Origin: Octopus vulgaris
Taxonomy: Eukaryota
Direction of reading: 5' to 3'
NCBI GenBank assembly: GCA_951406725.2
Contig: OX597816.1
Coordinates: forward strand, 47,120,001 to 47,184,000
Length of the DNA: 64,000 nt
Shown here: piece after piece, positions 12,661 to 25,160 of the stretch
Layout of the letters: each line of letters starts with the position of its first letter
Position numbering within the stretch: the first letter of the stretch is position 1
Made by a program: the position numbers and the translations under genes
The notes under the pieces: model-generated
The model's input: the letters and a program-made list of their open reading frames with translations, nothing else
Told to the model about the DNA's origin: nothing
The model's database searches: none

Positions 12661-12733
12661 AGTAAATAAATGGAGTTGAACGCAGGTGTTGTTCAAATTT
12701 TAATAACACCTGCGTTCAACTACATTTATTTAC
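12661..12733. repeat. Inverted repeat (about 33-bp arms) ending a TA-embedded element at 12510-12733
   Basis: AGTAAATAAATGGAGTTGAACGCAGGTGTTG ... AACACCTGCGTTCAACTACATTTATTTACT. Confidence 0.85.
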
Positions 12734-12743
12734 TTATATATAT

Positions 12744-13114
12744 ACTAGCAGTATCGCCCGGCGTTGCTCAGGTTTGTAAGGGAAATAACTATAAAGCATT
12801 TTTAGAGAGTTATAGCAAAAAAATGGGAAAAGAATGATGGTAAATTTTTTTGAGAGTTAAAAAGGTTGAGTTGCGTCCCCTAGACAGTCTGTGGTTTGTG
12901 TTTCTGATTCTCGACCCCATGTCGAATTTATCGATTTTTTCAGAACTGGGTGAACTTTTCAAAATTTTCGCTGCGTTAGTTTTGAATTATGACATTGGGC
13001 TATGTGTGTGTCAAGTTTCATCAGAATCGGTTGAAAGCCGTGGTCAGGGTGAGGGTACAACCTAACAGACACACAGAAACACAGACAGACAAAATGCCGT
13101 TTATATAGAGAGAG
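12744..13114 (-). mobile_element. Non-autonomous Helitron
   Basis: On the minus strand: TC(TC)TATATAAA 5' end, (CTGT)n tract, subterminal hairpin GAGCAACGCCGGG, CTAG 3' end, inserted in TA. Confidence 0.75.
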
Positions 13115-13650
13115 ATATACGTTGTTTTAATGCTCACTTTTGCATACTTGCATGGGTTAGATGGAATTTACTGAGGCAGATTTTCTGTGGTTTGATGTCT
13201 TTCCTGTTGCCAACCCTCATTTATTTTGAAGCAAGATAATATTTCCCCATGGCTAGACATGTTTGCATGGAAAATTGGAAAAGAATAACACTACTTATAT
13301 GATGGTGCCATCCATTTACAACTTGCATGCAATATCAAGATAAGGAGACATGAAAATACACTTGTCATATATATATATGTATATACATAGATAGATATAT
13401 ATTTACATACATATAGTAAGTTTTTTTCAGTTGGTGAGACTGAACCTGAAACCATGTGGTTGAGAATCTAACTTATTAACCATACAGCGAAGTGTGATGC
13501 AGTCTTCTGCCTAGCCAGCTCCTGTCAAACTGTCCAACCCATGCCAGCATGGAAAATAGACCTTAAGTGATGACAATGATTACAAGTGAGTAGGTAACAC
13601 ATTTATTGGGAGTTACACGTATGAATCAAAACAGTTTTATTCAGACACCT

Positions 13651-13690
13651 TGGTACTCTGAGTTTCAAGCATGTCGCTCGTCTTCGGCCA
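13651..13690 (-). ncRNA. Minimal hammerhead-ribozyme-like motif (variant core)
   Basis: TGG-CCGAAGA-C-GAGC gacat GCTT-GAAAC-TCAGA-GTA-CCA: stems I, II and III plus a GUA triplet. The core has U4C and one extra nucleotide. Confidence 0.55.
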
Positions 13691-13766
13691 TTGGAGTCAA
13701 ACTCCGACAGCAAAAGACTAGTGACATGCTTGCAACTCCAAGGAATTTGAATCAAATTGTTCTGAT

Positions 13767-13847
<81 letters not shown>

Positions 13848-13849
<2 letters not shown>

Positions 13850-14230
13850 GTGTGGCTGTGTGGTAAGAAGCTTGCTTCCCAACCACATGGTCATGGGCTC
13901 AGTCCTACTGCATGACACCTTGGGCAAGTTTTCTACTATAGCCTCGGGCTCACCAAAGCCTTGTCAGTAGATTTGGTAGATGAAAACTGGAAGGAGCCCG
14001 TCGTATATATATATATATTTTTGAGTGTGTCTGTGTTTGTCCACCCCGTCACCCACTTGACAATCGATGCTGGTGTGTTTATGTCCCCGTAACCCGTAAC
14101 GTAGCTGTTCGCGATAAAAAAAGCACTAGGCTTACAAAGACTAAGTCCTGGGGTCGATTTCTTCGACTAACACCCTATAAGGAGGTGCTCCAGCATGGCC
14201 GCAGTTAAATGAGGGGAAACAAGTAAAAAA
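13848..14230 (+). mobile_element. SINE family A copy
   Basis: Homology to 21622-22020. Confidence 0.85.
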
Positions 14231-14243
14231 AAAAGATTATATA

Positions 14244-14288
<45 letters not shown>

Positions 14289-14291
<3 letters not shown>

Positions 14292-14458
14292 ATATATAGA
14301 GGGCATTATTATACATACATGCCACACGCTAAGAGGGACAAAATTAGTCATTTCTACCAAAAATTTTACTAATTTTAGTAAAATTTTTGGTAGAAATGAC
14401 TAATTTTGTCCCTCTTAGCGTGTGGCATGTATGTATAATAATGCCCTCTATATATAAA
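14289..14458. repeat. Perfect palindrome, 84-bp arms with 2-nt spacer
   Basis: 14289-14372 is the exact reverse complement of 14375-14458. Confidence 0.93.
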
Positions 14459-16310
14459 TTAATATGTTCAATAAGAAAGAATTATTTTCGAAATCTTTTC
14501 TCTTATGAGGTCTTTCACGCTATCTACCTGATAATTTCTTGTTAAGTTTTCCTTATTAAGAAGTTGTCCTTAATTGCTATATATATATATACTAGCACAA
14601 TAAACAGATCTGAGTCGGTTTCAGCAATTGGGATTCACTGTTGTTCAATCAACTGAATTAAATGCTCATTGAATAACTGAATTTGTGGAAGTGGCTAAAT
14701 ATTTCAGGTACACTAAGGTAATCCTAGAGTAGAATCAGAATGACATAGTGTATCACAAGGTTTACAGGCAAAGCCCATCTGCAAAAATATTCGCAGTTTT
14801 CATCTACTTAATTTTACTCATTATGCTTTAGTCTACCACGGGCAATGTTAAAATTCACTCGTCCAAGAAGTTATGAAAGGAGATTGAGCAGGGGGATTTC
14901 GTGAATACAAAGCGAACTTCTTGACCATTCGACTATACCAGTATCCTCACACACACACACATAATACCCGATTAAACTGATCTTCTTGACTAGTACGTGG
15001 TTTATCTACCCTTAGAACTTTGAGCAGCCAATGTCAATTTACGCTTTATTCGTTTTATTTGTAATGAAGGACAAACTGGATAATGTCGCTCAAAATAAAC
15101 AATCTCAAAAGACGATCATGACCGGAACGACTTTGACCATAGATCTGCTCAATCAAAGTCGGGAGTGTGGTACTACACAATAATCCCAGAATGATGAAAG
15201 GTAAAAATCTACTCAGAAGGAGCTTGAACGCATATTTCGTATTTGAAATAATCGTTTGATCTCGAAGGGATTTGAACTCAGAACGTAAAGATCTGGAATA
15301 AATACAGTGAGGTAGTTAATTCGACGCCCTAACGATTCCACCTTTATTTCATGGTGTTTAGTTTCGTTCGTGAGGGTCACTGTTTTAAAAAGCGGTAAAT
15401 ATTCTACAAGATAAGCCATAGCTCCAGCACGTGTCGTGCCTCAAGGCATTAGTATTTACAAACGTTATGTCTTTATTTGATAACTTAATATTAATGACAA
15501 TCAATAAAGGAAAAAGTGATTTATGAAGATAGATAGTCAAATAAGACTTATAACAACCAAAGGAAACTGGGACACGACCCAGTAGCCAGCTAAATCAATT
15601 TTAGTGATGCTGGTGTATATAAACATTGAGAACACAGAATGGCAGAAGATAGAGAAATTTAGAATGATAGAAGCTTTATTTACGTAGTAAATCGTGAAAT
15701 CAAATTATATTTTCGGATAATCGAAGCTCCTTCTCAATTCTAACCGGTTGTAAACATTTGACTATTGCATTTATAATAAATAATTAAGGAGACATTTATT
15801 TGGTAACTAGCTGATTATTTTTGCTTTAATTCCAGATTATACATGTAATGCAATTAGATAATGCATATGGAAATTTAATTAAATTAAGATCAGCTCTAGG
15901 GACGAGTGATTTCAGATCTAATCTCTTTGATGTCTCCCCAACTTTATAAAATAAAAACCCACTAGTTATAATAATATAAATCCGGAAATATTTTGTAAAG
16001 GAATCTTTGAGGCAAAATTTATTTTGTAAATTTTATTTCAATTATATATATAAAAAGAAAAGGAAATTTAAAAGACTAAAAAAAAAACCCCCATAAAAAT
16101 GAAATTATTAAAATAATATAAACCATCAAAAAAAAAAAAACAATTCTACTTAGAAATATTCTGTAAGATCGAAAATAATAACAAAAACAGTGAACTGAGG
16201 AAATCTTAACTGTAAATATTCAAATTTCCTTATGATATTTGTGAGAGACACCAGCATAATTTGCTAGTTGCAAGTAAGTAAAATTCAGCATGTAGTCTGA
16301 CAAGGCTCAC

Positions 16311-16340
16311 CTGGTAAGAGAGCAATTCTCCCACATCCAT
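16311..16340 (-). CDS. CTNNBL1: CTNNBL1 coding exon 1
   Basis: MDVGELLSYQ is the conserved CTNNBL1 N-terminus, followed by a CAG|GTGAG donor. Confidence 0.93.
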
Positions 16341-16425
16341 GTTGACTGCATCAACTAGAATTACGCATGCGTAATATAGTCACGTGCCACATTTAAACCA
16401 ATCACCATTTTTCCAATGGCGACCT
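16341..16425. promoter_or_regulatory. Compact bidirectional promoter CTNNBL1/ZC3H18
   Basis: Palindrome ATTACGCATGCGTAAT (16360-16375, NRF1-like core), GTCACGTG E-box (16379-16386), AACCAATCA CCAAT box (about 16396-16404) and AATGGCG YY1-like motif (16415-16421), lying between divergent first exons. Confidence 0.75.
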
Positions 16426-16563
16426 CCGAGGAGTAGACAGAAGTACTGTATGATTCTACAACTCTTCGCTACAATTAATTGGATAAAACACAACTTTTAT
16501 GTGCAAATATTTGGCTTGCTTATAAGCTATCTATCATTCGCTACGCAGACATTATTTTCAGAG
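16410..16563 (+). other. ZC3H18: Probable non-coding first exon of ZC3H18 (5' end approximate)
   Basis: Ends in consensus donor GAG|GTAAGT next to the promoter motifs. The ATG-containing exon at 33955 starts with an acceptor, so an upstream exon is required. Confidence 0.65.
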
Positions 16564-19339
16564 GTAAGTCGGTGTTTATACAAGGAAATTCTACGTTTTC
16601 TGTCTGTTTAAAAGCAGGGTAGTATGAAAATGAATTGTCCATGTAATATTTTTTACCTAATCATCCCTTTTTTTTACTTCTTCTTTACATATTTACATCG
16701 TTTCTTTCCTTTGCAGCTAAGGGCATATACTGTGCAATTATATATACATGTTTATTCGAATAACGTTTTGTTTTCTGTTCAATAAAATAAAATACAGCTT
16801 TTTGATTATGTTAAATCTCAATTGCAAAGAGAAAATGTGATTCAGTTTATGCGGCATGAGATCAGTATATATTCGGTGTTCACACGTTGATTGTAGTAAT
16901 TAGTTTATTAATAAACAAAACCATTATTTGTTGCAAGAATTTGCTTTTTTAACATATTGATATCTGTTTTAGATATTTTTTAAAGATTTTTTTTTGTTTT
17001 ATTCGATTGAATTTTTGTTTTAATACACAAAATACTTGACATCAGTCACAATACAACTGGTCAACGATGACTTGAGTAACGTCCCTTCAATATCACTCTT
17101 CTATGTTTATGAACAGATCCGGCTTTTGTTCAACTGTTCAATACTAAATAAAGGTCTCCTTAGGTTTATAGATGAATATCACGTCGAAGACATATCTCAA
17201 TGAAACAGCTACGATCATGTACTTAAACCGGGCAAAGAATTCCATCTCAATTACCCAAAAGATAATCGAAAAGTTGGATGAATGAAAATAATGTATCTAC
17301 TCATATAAAGGGATCATATTTTTCTAAATTTTGGATCGCATAAACGTTTTTTTTTTCGCATGTCGAAGTTAAAGCTTCTAATTTGACACTTGGAAGTCGG
17401 CAAGTCTCTCTGGTGGTATAGCAGCAGACACTTGGTTTTTATCCTGGCAATGAATTTGCTGCTCACTTTTTTTTTTCTAAGGGAATCTTATGTGATATTT
17501 TATAGACCTTTATAGCTACATTTGAGATACACACCCACACACACCCTCAGCTCCTCCCAAACCCCTGAGATCATCGACCACGCCTCCACCCTTGTTCATC
17601 ATTCATGTATTCGCATCTACCCCCATCTGTAACCATTTCTCATTCTCTTTTCACAATTTTGCGAACTTGCCCATTCTTCCCTATCTTATATTCATCTTAT
17701 ACATTGAAGGTATGTCCTGACATCTCATCACCAACATAGTTTTTCTCTCTTTCTATTTAGGGTAGCCATGTATCTCCTCCACAGCAAGACATCTGTTTCC
17801 GTCCCTGTGTTAAATAGTCTCTCAATACCAAGCTTAAAGCCACTTCCCTTAATATACACCCCCAGTCAGTCGAAGGGACTTGTCAGTTATTTGTCGGTAC
17901 CTCGAAAAAAAGCATCTAATACATTTTGCAAAGTGGTTGATGCTAAGAAGGGCATCATGCTGCAGAAATCGGGACTTGACACAGTTTGGTGACTCGTTAG
18001 AAACTGTTAAACCATCCAATCAATGCTATCGACATTCACACACGTTAGAGGGATCTGATTTAGCATGTAAGAAAGAAGGCTGTTGGTACATGTTTGGAGA
18101 GAGCTGTTTCAAGAAGTGCTGATCACTTAACGTGGATGGAACTTGTGGAAGAGTGTGACCTAAGAAGACATGAGACTAAGTAGTGAAGGCTGATAGTGAA
18201 CCTCAGAGAGGAGCTGATAAAGGATAGATGGCAAAATTGAGAATTTGGGAACATGATTATATATTAAATACATGCACATGTACATACATACAACTAGGTC
18301 CCTTGCCCAATGTTTTTCCTCCTAAAGCACCACCCATCACCTCTATCACTGACCAACCTAAGTGCTGTATTTTGATTCTGTAATTAAACGAGAGCAGAAA
18401 TGCATATTGCATCTTTTTCTGTAATACCAGTTATTTTTTTCACTACTTCATTTGTCATTCATCCTTTGTTTTTAATTTTGTCCTTCACTCACATTTTACA
18501 TTAATCTCTGTTCCTGTGTACTGTCTGCCTCTTCTCTCATCCCCTTGCAACCTATCCACCCACTCTCATTTCCATCTCTGTCATCCTTCTCCTGTCTTCT
18601 GTTTTACTATTATTATTATTCTGCTGTTTTTCATTCCTTCTGCTATGTCAGTCACCATCACTACTCCCTCTGTCTTCCCCTTCAAGTCTTGTATCACTGA
18701 TTCCCCACAACCTTTGACCACCATTCACTAACTCTACCCAATCACCTACTATTCTCTGCCTTCCCACCAGCAAATATTTATCATCAATTACCCATTCACC
18801 CTTGTTATTCAGTCATTATATCTACCACCTCGTGCATTCCTCATCTCTATTCCTCCCTCATTTTCATACATGCTCGCATCTTAGACCTACCAACATTCCC
18901 ACTTGTATTCACTTTCTACCCTCAGGGTCCATACAAACATTTCATCACCACTATTTTATCTTTTTCAGCTCCCTCTCCCCCATTTATCCCACCCATTTTT
19001 CTTTATTATATAAGTAGCCATGTAGCTCCTCACAACAGGCCCTTTCTTATCTCTTTGCATATAACCACCATTCAATTCAAAGGGATCTTAGTCTTGTAAG
19101 CTACATGGCAATCTCACTAGTGCAGATGTGAAAAAGCCACCCAGTACACTATGTAAAGTGATTGGCTGCCTGCTGTAGTAACCATGACAGAGAGACATTT
19201 GTGAAGAATGCAACCCTTGGACCCATCAGATGCTATCAACCTTTCTAAGAACCTATGTCAACAAAGGAAATAAACATTAAAAGATGATGACACACACACA
19301 TACTAATATGTATTTGTGTGTGTGTGTATATATATATAT

Positions 19340-20150
19340 ATATAGCCAGCTGTTACAAGAATAAAGCAGCTGCCTTCGGAATAATAATAGAGGTACCAAA
19401 TTGTTAGACCAGGTCATGAAAGTTAGGAGAGGGTTATTGCCCAATTAATTACTTTAGGAACAGAATTAGACTAGATGAGATTCAGTTTGGTTTTGTGCCA
19501 AGGAGAAGAATTACTGATGCCATCTTAGTCAGACAACTGTAACAGAAGCATTTAGATAAGAGTACTTGGCATTTGATGAGTTGGAAAAAGCCTTTGACAG
19601 AACTCTGCTTTCTTCAAGTAAATGGTTCTGCTTGATATGTAGGAAAGGTGTAGGCAGGAATTCTGTACGATGTATCAAGTGCAAACTATGGACATGCAAG
19701 AGGTGCAATGGAAGGTTAATGAGAAAACCAGTGTTTATGTATGGAAGATGCACAAGACTCATAAAACTAAAGAATGCATGTAAAATAGATTTTCTCACTA
19801 GAAACTTCTCAGAGGCAGTTGACAGTTTCTGCTACATAGGTTACCTAACTAGCAGTGGAGGGCAATGATCTGAAGGTGTAGTTACCAGAATACAAATAAG
19901 AGGAAAATTCAGAAAGCTGTCAACTCTATTGACACAAAAATGACTTTTGCTCATAATGAAAGCTGGTTCTGTGATGCTTGTATAAAGGATTCCAAATGCA
20001 GAGTACATGCAAAAACTAGAGTGGGATAAAGCTAGTATGCACAATTGGACATGCAACATCAGTATGACTGCATCATAAAATACTAATGTATTCAGGGAAA
20101 AATTGGAGATGAGAAGAATCAGATGTAATGTATGAAGGAAGGATGCACTA
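19340..20150 (+). mobile_element. Decayed RTE LINE ORF fragment
   Basis: QFGFVP.RR.TDAI, AFD.LEKAFDR and WFCLICRKGVGRNSVRCIKCK remnants; many stops and frameshifts. Confidence 0.8.
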
Positions 20151-20263
20151 TGAGGTTATGTGATAAGTATGGATAAAAGCATGCATTTATATGTATATAG
20201 GTATACATATCTGTATATAAAGATATGTATATACACGCAAACACATATAGGGATATGTATGTG

Positions 20264-20298
<35 letters not shown>

Positions 20299-20404
20299 GC
20301 TTACCTATGTATATATGTATATGTCTGTATATATGTATGTATATATATATATGTATATATGAATGTACATAGGTATATATCTTTGTATATATGTATGTAT
20401 CAAT

Positions 20405-20443
<39 letters not shown>

Positions 20444-20759
20444 TTAGTATATATGTATATATCTTTGTATATATGTATGTACATACGTATATATCTTTGT
20501 ATATATGTGTGTGTATATGTATATATGTGTGTGTATTTATATACATATATGTATGTATTTATATATATTACAAATAAGAAAATGGAGAAACACATTAGTT
20601 GGTTTATCATCTTTAGGATATTATAACATTGTCTTATTTAATTAACTAAACTACAACCATAATAACATGCATATATACAGTATAAAATTTAATACAATTA
20701 AGATAAGAATACAAATATTTATTAAAAAACATTAATATAAATTGTTAGAATCATTAAAA

Positions 20760-20838
20760 TTCCTTACAGCTGTTTCAGACTATGGAAAAAAGTAATTTTC
20801 TCTGCCTATACTTATCAATTATTTTGAGGTTGTAGGCA

Positions 20839-20869
<31 letters not shown>

Positions 20870-20890
20870 CCATAGGCCTCGTCAGAGTTT
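20760..20890 (-). ncRNA. Hammerhead-ribozyme-like motif with extended stem II
   Basis: CTGACGA-GGCCTATGG...(about 85 nt)...CCATAGTCT-GAAAC-AGCT-GTA: canonical core, palindromic helix III (ACAGCTGT), GUA triplet. Confidence 0.65.
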
Positions 20891-20949
20891 AAAAAGTACT
20901 TTCAAAATATAAATATATACATGAAACAGGATACACGTACAATTTTATA

Positions 20950-20999
<50 letters not shown>

Positions 21000-21621
21000 G
21001 TTTAAATATTTGTTGTGCATAAGCAAAATATATACACCTATACATGTACATAAATACATAAATAGGCACAATTAAACATACGTACAAGCATATAGACAAT
21101 TAATCATATACATATATACTGGAACATACACATCTATATTCATGAATACACATTATTATATTTATTAATAATAATAATATTAGATTCAGTGTAATCTTCA
21201 CTTCACAATACATATAGTAGATTCCAATATATTGTATACTACGATATAAGATAACCAAATAGTTATGAGAGATTTAATCGTACAAATTTTAAAATCACAG
21301 TCAATATATCCATATATATATATATATATATATATATAACATACACCTAGACCAGGGTTATTACAATATTCTTCTTCTTCATACACCTAAGTCCATGCGT
21401 GTGGGCAACAAATAGAAGCAACATGCATATATACGTTATATATTAATATTTTAGTGTTTTAAATCTATCAGGGATTAGGGAGCGATTATTTTTAATCATA
21501 AGATAAATCTAATTGGTTATCAAATTTGAATTTCTTTGTCTCTGTTACGGTTGATTGATTGAAGACTGAATGACTAAAACTAATTGTAAATACCATGAAT
21601 AATTGAAAAGAAATAAATAAA

Positions 21622-22020
21622 TAGGCGCAGGAGTGGCTGTGTGGTAAGTAGCTTGTTTACCAACCACATGGTTCCGGGTTCAGTCCCACTGTGTGGCACC
21701 TTGGGCAAGTGTCTTCTACTATAGCCTCGGGGCGACCAAAGCCTTGTTGGTGGATTTGGTAGATGGAAACTGAAAGAAGCCCGTCGTATATATATATATA
21801 TATATATGTGTGTATTTGTGTGTCTGTGTTTATCCCCCTAGCATTGCTTGACAACCGATGCTGGTGTGTTTATGTCCCCGTTACTTAGCGGTTCGGCAAA
21901 AGTGACCGATAGAATAAGTACTGGGCTTACAAAAGAATAAGTCCTGGGTTCCAGTTGCTTGATTAAAGGCGGTGCTCCAGCATGGCCGCAGTCAAATGAC
22001 TGAAACAAGTAAAAGAGTAA
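21622..22020 (+). mobile_element. Full-length tRNA-derived SINE family A
   Basis: A-box (TGGCTGTGTGG) and B-box-like (GGTTCAGTCCC) head, conserved core, internal (TA)n, many copies in the window. Confidence 0.85.
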
Positions 22021-22184
22021 ATATGCAGTATTAATCCCCCATTATTACAATGTACATTGTTAAATTCACTTTCAAAATATTAAACGTAAACAAAGAATTC
22101 TTATATATACATGTGCAAGTTAAGCGAAAGGTATAAATTCATGAATATTTATCTACAAAATTTAATAAAGTATACAAAAATCCA

Positions 22185-22373
22185 ATATATATATGTATAT
22201 GTGTGTGTGTGTATATATATATGTATATATGCGTGTATATATATATATATGTATCTATATGTGTGTATGTATATATGTGTGTATATATAAGTATATATGT
22301 CTATATATGTTTGTATATATATGTCTATATATATTTGTATATATATGTCTATATATATATGTTTGTATATATA

Positions 22374-22409
<36 letters not shown>

Positions 22410-22433
22410 TATATATATATGTTTGTATATATA

Positions 22434-22473
<40 letters not shown>

Positions 22474-22748
22474 TGTATTTAGATGTCTATATATATGTTT
22501 GTATATATGTCTATATATATGTTTGTATTTAGATGTCTATATATATGTTTGTATATATGTCTATATAAATGTTTGTATTTAGATGTCTATATATATATGT
22601 TTGTATATATGTCTATATATATGTCTATATATATGTTTGTATATATATGTCTGTATATGTATATATATATATATGTATATATATTTATAGACATATATAT
22701 AACTATATATATATATATATGTGTATGTATTTATATGTCTATATGTCG

Positions 22749-22796
<48 letters not shown>

Positions 22797-23055
22797 GTAT
22801 ATTATATATATGGGCCTCGTCTGGCCCCCGTCCTGGTGGCACGTAAAAAGCACCCACTACACTCATGGAGTGGTTGGTGTTAGGAAGGGCATCCAGCTGT
22901 AGAAACACTGCCGGATCAGACTGGGCCGGGCGAAGCCTACTGGCTTCCCAGACCCCAGTTGAACCGTCCAACCCGTGCTAGCATGGAAAACGGACGTTAA
23001 ACGATGATGATGATGATGATGTATATATGTATGTATGTATATGTATCTATATGTA

Positions 23056-23100
<45 letters not shown>

Positions 23101-23467
23101 GTATGTATGTATATGTGTGTATATGTATGTATGTATATGTGTGTATATGTATGTATGTATATGTATGTATGTATATGTATGTATATGTATGTATGTATAT
23201 GTATGTATGTATATGTATGTATGTATATGTATATGTATGTATGTATATGTATGTATGTATATATATGTATGTATGTATGTATATGTATATATATATGTAT
23301 GTATATATATGTATATATATATGTATGTATGTATATATATATGTATATATATATGTATGTATATATATGTATATATATATATGTATGTATGTATATATAT
23401 ATATGTATGTATGTATATATATATATGTATGTATGTATATATATGTATATATATATATGTATCTATG

Positions 23468-23500
<33 letters not shown>

Positions 23501-23697
23501 GTATATATATGTGCATATATATGTATGTATATATATATATGTATGTATGTATATATATGTATATATATATGTATCTATGTATATATATATGTATGTATGT
23601 GTATGTATGTATATATGTGTGTATGTATGTATATATATATGTATGTGTATGTATGTATATATATATGTATGTATATATATATGTATGTATATGTATG

Positions 23698-23730
<33 letters not shown>

Positions 23731-23831
23731 ATATATATGTATGTATATATATATGTATGTATATATGTATATATATATGTATGTATATATATATGTATAT
23801 ATGTATGTATATATATATGTATATATATATG

Positions 23832-23863
<32 letters not shown>

Positions 23864-23865
23864 TG

Positions 23866-23901
<36 letters not shown>

Positions 23902-24316
23902 TGTATATATGTATGTATATATATATGTATATATATATATATATGTGCATATATATGTATATATATATGTGCATATATATGTATATATATATGTGCATAT
24001 ATATGTATGTATATATATATGTATATATGTATGTATATATATATGTATATATGTATATATGTATGTATATATATATGTATATATGTATATATATATGTAT
24101 ATATGTATATATATATGTATGTATATATATATGTGCATATATATGTATGTATATATATATGTGCATATATATGTATGTATATATATATGTGCATATATAT
24201 GTATGTATATATATATGTGCATATATATGTATGTATATATATGTGCATATATATGTATGTATATATGTGCATATATATGTATGTATATATGTATATATAT
24301 ATGTGCATATATATGT
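22185..24316. repeat. About 2.1-kb compound (TA/TATG/TG)n microsatellite, with an RTE-tail insert at about 22810-23020
   Basis: Directly visible simple repeat. Confidence 0.95.
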
Positions 24317-24317
24317 A

Positions 24318-25160
24318 CTAGCAGAATTGCCCGGCGTTGCTCGGAGCTGAATTGCTTGAAAGTACTGTTAATGATTGCACTGAATTATGATGATTATTCA
24401 GGCAAATATTGAAATAAGCTTACGGTGGGAGATAAGGACTTAACGCCAAACGTGTGCCATTGCATTGTTTTGGGGGAACCAAATTTCTGATGAGCATTAT
24501 AGGGGCACTAACTTTAAGTTTGAGAAAGTGTGGTGGTAGTCCGGGGTGCTCAAAGGAATTGAGTACCTCTATTGGATAGTTGATGACGTCCTCTGGGTCA
24601 GGAGTTGTATCGATAGACTGATATACATCGACTTCCCCAGGAATGAGTTTTAGCATTTCATCATTAATATGGTGAACAGTTTTATTCCTCGGGGCCAGTA
24701 TAGCCTTTTATGCCAATCCAATCCATATTCTGATAATTAGCTTGTAAATCTGGGAACACTGCATCTCTGAGATCAGAAGGCGTCTTAACAATGGTACAAA
24801 TGGAATCGATGGCAATATTACCATTTTCATCCCCTGGTATTTTGCCTTCGCCAAGTGCAAGGAGAGTGTGAGGAAATGCTGGTGATGTGATATTACGTCG
24901 CATATGAGCACGCATATTGGTGTGAAGTTTGAGAGTTACTTCCGTTTATTTTAAAAAATATGCATTAAAATGGAAAAAAATGATGGTAAATTATTTGTAA
25001 AATCATAGACTCATCGTAGACGCGCGCTAATACCCAGAAGGGCTCGATATGAATCACGACTATAAGATACCCGGTTTTGGTTAAACTGCATCGCAAAATG
25101 TGGGAGTAGTTAGGACTCTAAATCGGAGTAGACAGACACACAACCTTTCTTTTATATATA
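24318..25160 (-). mobile_element. Internally deleted Helitron retaining part of the Pif1-like helicase
   Basis: CTAG 3' end with CCGAGCAACGCCGGG hairpin. Contains NMRAH...LLALGEGK and NYPIEVLNS..PGLPPHFLKLKVSAPIMLIRNLVPPKQCNGTRL (Helitron RepHel helicase), frameshifted. Confidence 0.85.

Noticed and set aside
22193-24412. Long ORFs of 200-460 aa on both strands (Y/I/M/C/V or H/T/Y/I-rich)
   Set aside because: Translations of a (TA/TATG)n microsatellite that lacks stop codons. No coding signal.
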